A stretch of DNA of 25,253 nt from Acidobacteriota bacterium (GTDB taxonomy: Bacteria > Acidobacteriota > UBA4820 > DSQY01). Below are positions 1-6,990 of the stretch, piece by piece. A model generated the notes under the pieces. That model saw only the letters and a program-made list of their open reading frames with translations, was not told the origin of the DNA and did no database searches. The stretch is from NCBI GenBank assembly GCA_037443845.1, contig JBBINO010000015.1, positions 12,575-37,827 of the forward strand. Reading direction: 5' to 3'. Each line of letters starts with the position of its first letter. Positions within the stretch are counted from its first letter, which is position 1. A program made the translations under genes and the position numbers.

Positions 1-1122
1 GAGATAGTAAGGGGCTTCGTGAAGAAACGCATCTCCGGCGGAGAGGTGATGGGCGAATATCCGCTCGACGCGCCTCCGATGACCTTCGAGACCGAGGGCT
101 TCTGGGTGGCCGCGCCCGAGGCCGCTTCGGAGCTGATAGCCCAGAGAGGGCTTCACGTCATGGGGGGGCTGCACGCCTTAGAGCACGCCCTCATAGGGAT
201 TTTTCCGTTGCTGGCGCTGGCGGACAGGTGGGACCTCGGGGGGATATCGTTCGCCCACCACCCGCAGGTCAATGGCCCGGCAGTCTTCGTTTACGACGGC
301 TATCCAGGTGGCGCGGGGCTGTGCAGAAAGGGCTACGAGCTCTTCGAGCGGCTTCTTCAGGCGACGTCCTCTCTGGTGAAGGATTGCCCCTGCGAATCGG
401 GGTGTCCCGGCTGCATCCAGTCGCCGAAGTGCGGCAACGGCAACAGGCCATTGGACAAGGAAGCCGCGCTCCTCTTGATGGAGGTTCTCTCCGGTGGCGT
501 CGCGGTCGCGCCGAAAAGGCGCGCGCAGCCACGCCCCCGCGTCCGGACTGGACAGCCGGCCTCCGAACCTATGGAAAAGCCCGGCAGGCTCGTCTTCGAC
601 CTCGAAACGCAGAAACTAGCCGATGAGGTGGGCGGCTGGGGGAATATCAGCAGGATGAAGCTTGCGCTCGCCGTGGCGTGGGACCTCGACAGCGGGCGGT
701 GGCGCGTCTATTTTGAAAAGGACGCCGGCGCGCTCGTTGACGACCTGCTGGAAGCGAAGGAGGTGATCGGCTTCAACGTGCGCCGCTTCGACATCGAGGT
801 GCTCAGGCCCTACACCCGAAAGGACCTCTCGCGGGTTCGGATTGTGGACCTCCTTGAAGTCGTGAAGGAGCGGCTCGGCTTCCGCCTCTCCCTCGCCTCG
901 CTGGCCGAAGCCAACTTCGGCGAATCGAAGAGCGCCGACGGCGTGCAGTCGGTACAGTGGTACAGGGAGGGCAGGCTGGACCTCATTGAAAAATACTGCC
1001 GGAAGGACGTCGAGCTGACGGGGCGGCTCTATCTAAAGGGGATCGAGGAAGGGCACGTGCTCTTCACGGACAAGCGCTCGAACCGCCTTCGCATGGAAGT
1101 GAACGGCTGGCGGACCGGCTGA
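1..1122 (+). CDS. 3' portion of a larger gene that runs off the window. It encodes a DUF1998-type Cys-rich domain (the C-terminal domain of MrfA/YprA-like DEAD/DEAH helicases) fused to a DnaQ-like DEDD 3'-5' exonuclease domain.
   Basis: Frame 1 is open from nt 1, so the N-terminus lies outside the window. Cys cluster DCPCESGCPGCIQSPKCGNG is typical of DUF1998. The downstream domain has exonuclease motifs FDLETQ (Exo I), GFNVRRFDIEV (Exo II) and YCRKD (Y-x3-D, Exo III of DEDDy type). Stop TGA at 1120-1122. Confidence 0.7.
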   Translation, partial: EIVRGFVKKRISGGEVMGEYPLDAPPMTFETEGFWVAAPEAASELIAQRGLHVMGGLHALEHALIGIFPLLALADRWDLGGISFAHHPQVNGPAVFVYDGYPGGAGLCRKGYELFERLLQATSSLVKDCPCESGCPGCIQSPKCGNGNRPLDKEAALLLMEVLSGGVAVAPKRRAQPRPRVRTGQPASEPMEKPGRLVFDLETQKLADEVGGWGNISRMKLALAVAWDLDSGRWRVYFEKDAGALVDDLLEAKEVIGFNVRRFDIEVLRPYTRKDLSRVRIVDLLEVVKERLGFRLSLASLAEANFGESKSADGVQSVQWYREGRLDLIEKYCRKDVELTGRLYLKGIEEGHVLFTDKRSNRLRMEVNGWRTG

Positions 1123-1151
1123 CGGCGCGCCGGCGTTTCATCCTTTCTAGC

Positions 1152-1181
1152 TTTACACGCCGGGCCTCTTGCGGGCATAAT
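1152..1181 (+). promoter_or_regulatory. Candidate sigma70-like promoter for the histidine kinase gene (TTTACA-N18-CATAAT).
   Basis: TTTACA at 1152-1157 and CATAAT at 1176-1181. The 18-nt spacer is longer than optimal. It lies 40-70 nt upstream of the ATG at 1224. Confidence 0.3.
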
Positions 1182-1223
1182 TTAGTTCGCCAGGCGTCTG
1201 GCTTGGGGCGACGGGGTGAAATC

Positions 1224-3515
1224 ATGGCCGACGAGGCGCGCGAGTACAAGCTCCTCCTTGAGAACATCCTGGACGTAGTAGTCATTCTCGGGCGCGACGG
1301 CATCGTGCGCTACGTCAGCCCTTCGGCGCGGCGCCTCCTGGGGAGGGAGCCCTCCGAGCGGGAAGGACGAAGCGCCTTCGACTACATTCACCCCGACGAC
1401 ATACCGGCGGTCAAGGAGGTTTTCCGCCAGGCGCTCACGACGCAAGGGCCAATCGAGCCCGTGACGTTCAGGATGCGGCACAAGGATGGGCGCTACGTTT
1501 ACCTCGAAGCGGTCGGCAACAACAGGCTGGAAGACCCCGAGGTTCAAGGCGCCATAGTCGTCCTAAGGGACGTCACCACCCAGGAAACGGCGCTGAGGCA
1601 ATTGGCCGAGAGCGAGGAGAGATTCCGTAAGGTCGCGGAAACGGTCTCCGCCGCCATCATGATCCACCAGGACGGCCAATTCCGCTACGTCAACAGGCAC
1701 ACCGAATTGCTCACCGGCTACACTCAGGATGAGCTTCTCAAAATGAAGTTCTGGGAACTGGTCCATCCCGACCATATGGAGATGCTCAAGGAACGCGGGA
1801 CCGCCCGCCAGAAGGGCGACGCTGTCGTAAACCGTTACGAGTTCAAATATCTGACCAAGCGCGGCGAGACGCGCTGGCTCGACCTGTCCGGCGAACAGAT
1901 GGAATACGGCGGCAAGCCCGCCGCCCTGGCCATAGGCTTCGACGTGACCGACAGAAAGAAGACCGAGGAGGCGCTTCTCGAATCGGAGCTGAAGTTCCGG
2001 ACGCTCTTCGACAAGGCGCTCGACGGCATATTGATCGCCGACCACGAGACTCGCCGGTTCGTCATGGGCAACGGCGCGATATGCAAAATGCTCGGATGCA
2101 CCATCGAAGATTTGCTTGCGTTGAGCGTCGGTGACATCCACCCCCAGAGCGCCCTCCAGCACGTCGTCAACCAGTTTGAAAGACAGATGCGGGGCGAAAT
2201 CGCCATGGCGGAGGAGATCCCCGTCCTGAGAAAGGACGGCTCGATCTTCTTTGCCGACATCAATTCGAGCGCCATCCTCTTCGGCGGAAGACCCTGCTTG
2301 ATGGGCGTCTTCAGGGACATCACCGACCGAAAGCTCGCGGCCGAGGAGAGCAGAAGGGTGGCCATCCAGCTCCAACAGGCCCAGAAGATGGAAAGCCTCG
2401 GCGTGATGGCCGGGGGCATAGCTCACGACTTCAACAACCTCCTGGTGAGCGTCCTGGGCAACGCCGACATCGCGCTGAGGGACGCCTCCCTGCCGGCCAC
2501 GGCGCGCCACAGGCTCGAAGAGATCAGGACCGCCGCGGTGAGCGCGTCCGAGATGACGAGGCAGATGCTCGTCTGCGCCGGCCGTGGCCAGCTAGCCGTG
2601 AAGCCAATTGACCTCGGCGAGCTGGTCGAGGGTGTGTCGGGAGTGATGGAGGCTTCGATATCCAAGAAGGCGGCTCTCCGGTTTAATTTCCCGGAGGGGT
2701 TGCCGGCGGTGGAAGGCGACGCGGCGCAGTTGCGCCAGGTCGTCATGAACCTCGTAAGAAACGCGTCGGAGGCGATCGGGGACAAGAGCGGCATAATTTC
2801 CATCTCGGCGTCGCTCGTTTCGGCCGGCCCGGGGTTCTTTTCGGACGCGATCCTCGGGGAGGCTCTCGGCGCTGGCGAGTACGTCTGCCTCTCCGTTTCG
2901 GACACCGGCTCCGGCATGGAGCCCGCTGTTCTGCCGAAAATCTTCGAGCCTTTTTTCACCACTAGGTTCGCGGGCCGGGGGCTGGGGCTGGCCGTCGTTC
3001 TCGGAATCGTCAAGAGCCATCAGGGCGCCATCCGGGTCTTTTCGGAGCCCGGCCGCGGCAGCCGGTTCGATCTCTATTTCCCCGCAAGCCTTCGCGGCGC
3101 CGTGCGCGAGGAGGAGGCGGAGGAGCCTGGGCAGGCCGGGAAGGCTTCGTGGACCCTGCTTTGCGTCGAGGACGAAGCCGCCGTCAGGGAGGTCGAGGTC
3201 ACGATGCTTGAAGGCCTCGGGTTCAACGTGATAGCCGCCTCGACCGGGCAGGAGGCGCTGGCACTCTTTGGCGAGCGCAAGAGCGAGATCGGAGCCGTTC
3301 TGCTGGATTTCAACATGCCTGAGATGAACGGCGAGGACGTTTTCAGGGAACTGCGGCGTCTTGGTGAGTCGGTCCCGATCATCCTGGTCAGCGGCTATTC
3401 CGAAGCCGAGGTGAAGCAGCGCTTCAAGGAAGGCGAGCTGGCCGGTTTCCTGAAGAAGCCTTTCCGCCGCGCCGAACTCGTGACGGCCGTCATGAAAATC
3501 CTAGGGAAAAAGTGA
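1224..3515 (+). CDS. Hybrid sensor histidine kinase: three PAS domains, HisKA, HATPase_c and a C-terminal receiver domain.
   Basis: ATG at 1224 is preceded by GGGGTGA. The ORF track starts at an in-frame TTG at 1203. There are three PAS-like segments, each ending in a conserved DVTDRK / DITDRK motif. H-box IAHDFNNLL. ATP-lid motifs (DTGSGM, GLGL). REC segment LLCVEDEAAVREV...LLDFNMPEMNG...ILVSGY. Confidence 0.85.
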   Translation: MADEAREYKLLLENILDVVVILGRDGIVRYVSPSARRLLGREPSEREGRSAFDYIHPDDIPAVKEVFRQALTTQGPIEPVTFRMRHKDGRYVYLEAVGNNRLEDPEVQGAIVVLRDVTTQETALRQLAESEERFRKVAETVSAAIMIHQDGQFRYVNRHTELLTGYTQDELLKMKFWELVHPDHMEMLKERGTARQKGDAVVNRYEFKYLTKRGETRWLDLSGEQMEYGGKPAALAIGFDVTDRKKTEEALLESELKFRTLFDKALDGILIADHETRRFVMGNGAICKMLGCTIEDLLALSVGDIHPQSALQHVVNQFERQMRGEIAMAEEIPVLRKDGSIFFADINSSAILFGGRPCLMGVFRDITDRKLAAEESRRVAIQLQQAQKMESLGVMAGGIAHDFNNLLVSVLGNADIALRDASLPATARHRLEEIRTAAVSASEMTRQMLVCAGRGQLAVKPIDLGELVEGVSGVMEASISKKAALRFNFPEGLPAVEGDAAQLRQVVMNLVRNASEAIGDKSGIISISASLVSAGPGFFSDAILGEALGAGEYVCLSVSDTGSGMEPAVLPKIFEPFFTTRFAGRGLGLAVVLGIVKSHQGAIRVFSEPGRGSRFDLYFPASLRGAVREEEAEEPGQAGKASWTLLCVEDEAAVREVEVTMLEGLGFNVIAASTGQEALALFGERKSEIGAVLLDFNMPEMNGEDVFRELRRLGESVPIILVSGYSEAEVKQRFKEGELAGFLKKPFRRAELVTAVMKILGKK

Positions 3516-3530
3516 GGGGCGCCGGCGCGC

Positions 3531-3590
3531 GAGAAGAATGTTCACCACAAAGGCCACAAAGGACACGAAGGGAAAGATAGAACCACAGAG
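3531..3590 (+). repeat. Dispersed repeat element R1, copy A (purine-rich, built from CACAAAGG / ACACGAAGG / CCACAGAG sub-repeats).
   Basis: Core AAGGACACGAAGGGAAAGATAGAACCACAGAG at 3559-3590 recurs nearly unchanged at 4068-4099 and 25182-25213. The 5' part GAAGAATGTTCACCACAAAGG matches 25155-25176. Confidence 0.7.
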
Positions 3591-3614
3591 GCGCCGAGGC
3601 ACGGAGGAGAAAAA

Positions 3615-3643
3615 GTGTTTGGTGTCTTGTGTCTGGTGTTTTG
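3615..3643 (+). repeat. GTGTNTN heptanucleotide tandem array of four units.
   Basis: GTGTTTG GTGTCTT GTGTCTG GTGTTTT G. Its reverse complement resembles the CAC-heptad array at 6766-6800. Confidence 0.6.
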
Positions 3644-3702
3644 TAGGCCCGGCGTTGATTTGATCCGCCCGTAGTCTCCAAGGTGCGCGGGCCACAGAGG
3701 GG

Positions 3703-3852
3703 CAAGGCCGATGGGCGCCCTCACTTCGTTCAGGCACGAATCCGCTTCCGAGCCGTCTCGAAGCGTTCATTCGCACGTCAGATTCGCTTGACGCTTCTCC
3801 CCGCATCGTTCAGCGGCTTCTGGCCAAGTTCCTTGGCCGCCCATCGGCCTTG
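3703..3852. repeat. 150-bp element bounded by perfect 15-bp terminal inverted repeats (MITE-like), or alternatively a structured RNA locus.
   Basis: CAAGGCCGATGGGCG at 3703-3717 and its exact reverse complement CGCCCATCGGCCTTG at 3838-3852. The interior contains nested short inverted repeats (GAAGCG...CGCTTC). The same 16-mer CAAGGCCGATGGGCGC recurs at 25123-25138. Confidence 0.5.
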
Positions 3853-4067
3853 ATTGCGCCCCCCCTACTCCCCCTTTGGGGGACGCCGGCGGCGTCGGAC
3901 CATCTGCTTTGTCAAACTTCGCGGTCCGAGGCCTCCGAGTACGAAAGTACGAGTCGGCCTCTGCCCGCTCGTTTTTCGCGCATCTGGCCCAACGGCGCCG
4001 GAACGCGCATTCCTCGCTTCGCTTCGGAATGCGGCCTGCGCCGCGCTTCTGAAAATGCTATTTTGGA

Positions 4068-4099
4068 AAGGACACGAAGGGAAGGATTGAACCACAGAG
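4068..4099 (+). repeat. Dispersed repeat element R1, copy B (core only).
   Basis: AAAGGACACGAAGGGAAGGATTGAACCACAGAG, near-identical to the 3559-3590 and 25182-25213 cores. It is followed by a CACTGAGGCGCAGAGGGAAG tail. Confidence 0.7.
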
Positions 4100-4256
4100 A
4101 CACTGAGGCGCAGAGGGAAGATTATAGTTGCGTTACATGCGCGAAGGTCACGGAGGAAAGGAAGCCTTCCTTGAAGTGCGTTCGCGTCGTTGGTTCGCGC
4201 CGCTCGTAGTTCGCTTGGTGCGCGGGCAACAGAGGCGCGAGCGGGATGCGGGAAGA

Positions 4257-4396
4257 GGTGAGACGTGAAAAGTGAGAGGTGAAAAGGCAAAGGGTGAAGC
4301 GTGAAGCGTGAGTGGTGGCGACGCTTAACCTCTTTACCCTTAACTCTTAACTTGTGAAGCGTGAGACGTGAGAAGTGAGACGTGAGAAGTGAGACG
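4257..4396. repeat. Heptanucleotide (GTGARRN) tandem arrays arranged as array, inverted array, array, forming a long imperfect palindrome.
   Basis: GTGAGAC GTGAAAA GTGAGAG GTGAAAAG ... GTGAAGC GTGAAGC GTGAG, then CTTAACC TCTTTAC CCTTAAC TCTTAAC (reverse-complement heptads), then GTGAAGC GTGAGAC GTGAGAA GTGAGAC GTGAGAA GTGAGAC. The same architecture recurs at 8231-8382 with about 85% identity over the inverted segment. Confidence 0.7.
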
Positions 4397-4531
4397 GCAG
4401 CCAAGAGACGCACGCTTGATGGACTGCTAGAAAGCAAGATTTGACCCCGCTCCTTTCCCTTCGCAGGCCAAAACGCATAAGTGACTCAGGGCCAGGGAGC
4501 GGGCGCGCTGCGTTGGCCTTCTCGCGGAGTT

Positions 4532-4999
4532 TTAGTCGGCCTGCCATGTGAGGTTGAAATCACAATGCTCCGCGGGGCGATATTTCGACTCGTACTCCGC
4601 GAATTGTGCGGCAAGCCAATGGTCTCCAGGGTTGCCGGTGTGCTTCACAATCACGAGAAAGTTAGGCGTTAGGCCTAGCCGATCGAGCGCCTGCAGAACG
4701 AATATGCCTTCTACAATGACGGGACAATTTGCCTCTAAGCGAGAGTTAAGAACCCAGCGGAGTTCGTTTTCTCGAAGATCGTAGCCCTGGCATGGGCGCT
4801 TGAGAAATGTGTCGAGTTCAATTGCTGGCATTGCGAGTTGCCATGCCAAATACCGGGCAACGGTTGTCTTGCCGACGCCATGGCGACCATCGACTGCAAC
4901 GATGAAACGACTCCAAGAGGGCAACGCATTCCAAACCGCGTCACGGAGCTCTCGGTACTTCGGCGTTTCAGGTCGCTCCGGTCTTGCTGCGATCATCAC
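4532..4999 (-). CDS. Small P-loop NTPase with a nucleoside/nucleotide-kinase-like Walker A (155 aa).
   Basis: Walker A IVAVDGRHGVGKTTVARYL and a Walker B-like PVIVEG. GTG start at 4999 (ATG at 4996) with AAGGAG 5 nt upstream. It lies in the low-GC segment. Confidence 0.7.
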   Translation of the reverse strand: MMIAARPERPETPKYRELRDAVWNALPSWSRFIVAVDGRHGVGKTTVARYLAWQLAMPAIELDTFLKRPCQGYDLRENELRWVLNSRLEANCPVIVEGIFVLQALDRLGLTPNFLVIVKHTGNPGDHWLAAQFAEYESKYRPAEHCDFNLTWQAD

Positions 5000-5142
5000 G
5001 TCAACTCCTTGCCGTTTACTTGACCCAGATATCTTTTGCGAAGGCTATCCGAGCAAGAAGGCCTCGAAGGCCATCTGTGCCGGAGCGTGATTGGGTCCAA
5101 TGCAACGAGCTGTTAGGCACTGGTGCTCTTTTAACAAAGGGC

Positions 5143-5697
5143 TTACCGATTGGCCAGTTCTTGGAACGCTGCCCACATGGTGGGAAGCACACAGTCAACG
5201 TGTAGTGCCAGCCTACTGAGACGTTCCATATCACTTTGGGCGGCGGCATGGTCAGACTCCGTGGTGCGAATCATTAAAGAAATCAAATTCCATCTTTCCT
5301 CGTGTTTACCTTCCTTTTCAAGCGCGGGCCATCGGGACCAGTTTCTAAGGAATTCTTGGAAATATGCGGAAGTATTGTTGAGAGAATCCTGGCGATTTGC
5401 AGAGGGGCCAAAGAAGTCCAGGGGACTTTCACCCGCAATGAATCTCGCTGCTTGTAGGCAGCCATCAAGCATGGGTTCTGGCTGAATGTGCTTCTTCTCG
5501 TCGTAAACAAGCGCTGCGCTCACAACAGCGCTAAAACAAAAGAGTAGGTAGCGATACCGTGAATCTGGTAGATCGAATTGAAGAGGCGCGGGTGCATCTT
5601 CTGCCCCGGGGATGGTATGTAGATAAAGATTGGTAGCAACTGTAGCAGCAGCCTTAACGTATTTCATCTGTGTTGGTTTACGGGAGAACCAGCTCAT
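5143..5697 (-). CDS. Hypothetical protein (184 aa) with no recognisable motif.
   Basis: ATG at 5697 with AGAGGGG RBS 7 nt upstream. It is co-oriented with the flanking genes in the low-GC segment. Confidence 0.55.
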   Translation of the reverse strand: MSWFSRKPTQMKYVKAAATVATNLYLHTIPGAEDAPAPLQFDLPDSRYRYLLFCFSAVVSAALVYDEKKHIQPEPMLDGCLQAARFIAGESPLDFFGPSANRQDSLNNTSAYFQEFLRNWSRWPALEKEGKHEERWNLISLMIRTTESDHAAAQSDMERLSRLALHVDCVLPTMWAAFQELANR

Positions 5698-5770
5698 TGC
5701 CTACCCCTCTTGAGTGCTGAAGACCCGACTCTACTATGGGTCGACATGCACCACCCGCGTTCTAGCCATG

Positions 5771-5833
5771 GGCGGCCTCCTTTCAGAGAATGGGCATTCC
5801 GAGTATGGCACAACGCCATACCCGGAGGCCGCC
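5771..5833 (-). promoter_or_regulatory. Intercistronic nested stem-loop between island genes 3 and 2.
   Basis: Perfect 10-bp inverted repeat GGCGGCCTCC (5771-5780) / GGAGGCCGCC (5824-5833) encloses an inner TATGGC-N5-GCCATA hairpin. On the transcribed strand the right arm contains GGAGG and precedes a mini-ORF ATG. Confidence 0.4.
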
Positions 5834-5844
5834 TCTATTGGCTG

Positions 5845-6528
5845 TTAGGCGAATCTCTTCGGAAGCCTTTCACGACAAGCCCCTAGATGATTGTGGATGA
5901 CCTTGTTGGCCGCTTTCGTGGAAAATCTATAAGACCTGTAGTTCGACGACGGTATTAAAAGGAGGAAATCGGTAATGCAAGCTTTCAAGATAGCAGTTTC
6001 CTCGTCAGTAATTCGATCAGTTACATAGTTGTAAAGGAGGCCCACCGTGAGTGGTAGCAAGACGAGATTAAAGCCCAAAGAAATCTGAAGGTCGCATTGC
6101 CAACAACCGCTTTTCTTGAACATGCCAAAGGTATATTGCCCGATTCCCTCAATAGAATCCACGTCACCCAGATCCTCAGCATAGATCGTCGGAGGAAGCA
6201 GGGGATACTTAAATTGGTCGTCAAAGGCCGACTTCTCCATTTTCGTAAACGTTCGGTATACTGCTTGTAAAATATCTGATGTGAGCTGATTTGGAGGGGC
6301 ATAGCTTTGGAGGTGGTCTGTGAGAACAGAGGCTACTGGCACAACATGGCGTTTCTCACATGCATAGAAGAACCTTGCGAGGAAAAGGACATAGGCAATC
6401 ACAAAGTGGAGCCCCTCATCTGCGACGGAATCGGCTTGGCATTTGAAAAATGCATACCCGTAACCATAGGTAATCTGGATACGTAATAGCGGCCTCTTGT
6501 ACAGCATGAAGCTCGGTGGCCATTTCAT
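5845..6528 (-). CDS. Hypothetical protein (227 aa). No family assignable by eye; hydrophobic central segment.
   Basis: ATG at 6528 with AAGGAGG RBS 7 nt upstream. It is the first gene of the three-gene low-GC module. Confidence 0.6.
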   Translation of the reverse strand: MKWPPSFMLYKRPLLRIQITYGYGYAFFKCQADSVADEGLHFVIAYVLFLARFFYACEKRHVVPVASVLTDHLQSYAPPNQLTSDILQAVYRTFTKMEKSAFDDQFKYPLLPPTIYAEDLGDVDSIEGIGQYTFGMFKKSGCWQCDLQISLGFNLVLLPLTVGLLYNYVTDRITDEETAILKACITDFLLLIPSSNYRSYRFSTKAANKVIHNHLGACRERLPKRFA

Positions 6529-6578
6529 CAGGTGACCTCCTTGCCAGGCAGTGCCCTAACGAATATCCGGCGTCAAGT

Positions 6579-6609
6579 GGTGACGCCAAAGCTTGGTGAC
6601 GTCAAAGCT
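6579..6609. promoter_or_regulatory. Tandem 15-bp direct repeats containing a perfect TGACGTCA palindrome, 50-80 nt upstream of island gene 3. Candidate regulator binding site.
   Basis: GGTGACGCCAAAGCT (6579-6593) and GGTGACGTCAAAGCT (6595-6609). A third related unit CTTGACGCC sits at 6571-6579. Confidence 0.3.
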
Positions 6610-6712
6610 GGCTACTGTTTTTGCGTATTATTTTACCGCTTCCTCTCTCATCCATCCAAGTTCAATGTAGCGCCCATCATCCGCGAAGTCAATGTCGAAC
6701 GTCTCCTAAACA

Positions 6713-6742
6713 CGGGCGGGGGGTAGGAACTGCCCCCGCCCG
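6713..6742. repeat. GC-homopolymer hairpin (10-bp stem, 10-nt loop) at the right edge of the low-GC segment.
   Basis: CGGGCGGGGG (6713-6722) pairs with CCCCCGCCCG (6733-6742). The same style of hairpin occurs at 22688-22719. Confidence 0.5.
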
Positions 6743-6765
6743 CAGCGTTCTTCATGCCGTCCTTT

Positions 6766-6800
6766 CACCAAACACTAAACACGAGACACCAAACACGAGG
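6766..6800 (+). repeat. CACNNNN heptanucleotide tandem array (reverse-complement orientation of the GTG heptad arrays).
   Basis: CACCAAA CACTAAA CACGAGA CACCAAA CACGAGG. About 18/20 identity to the reverse complement of 3615-3643. Confidence 0.6.
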
Positions 6801-6819
6801 CGCCCGCTCACGCGCAATC

Positions 6820-6899
6820 GGCATCTGGAGATGCCTCCTACAGGGGCGGGTTCGCCGTGACCGAACGGCCATCCTTTGTAGGAGGGTTCTCCAGAACCC
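6820..6899. repeat. Cluster of three consecutive short hairpins. Possible structured RNA or palindromic-element cluster.
   Basis: GGCATC-TGGA-GATGCC (6820-6835). CCTACA...TGTAGG (about 6837-6881). GGTTCT-CC-AGAACC (6886-6899). Confidence 0.35.
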
Positions 6900-6939
6900 G
6901 ATAGCGGCTGTCTTTCGCGCCGCGCGTGTCTTGCATCGT

Positions 6940-6990
6940 TCACTTCTCACGTCTCACTTCTCACTTCTCACTTTTCACTTCCTTCACGCC
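6940..6990 (-). repeat. GTGARRN heptad tandem array in minus orientation. It overlaps the last codons of the downstream gene.
   Basis: The plus strand reads CACTTCT CACGTCT CACTTCT CACTTCT CACTTTT CACTTCC TTCACGCC. Confidence 0.65.

Noticed and set aside
1563-3020. Antisense ORFs (1563-2510, 1835-2419, 2423-3013, 2592-3020) inside the histidine kinase gene.
   Set aside because: Typical high-GC antisense open frames. The kinase frame has clear domain motifs throughout.
3513-3530. GCGCCGGCGC palindrome after the kinase stop as an intrinsic terminator.
   Set aside because: No T-tract follows. It was noted only as a palindrome.
3850-4437. ORFs 3850-4209(+), 3854-4090(+) and 3865-4437(-) in the gene-free region.
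   Set aside because: Arg/Ser/Pro-rich low-complexity translations of GC-rich repeat DNA. No RBS and no domain signal.
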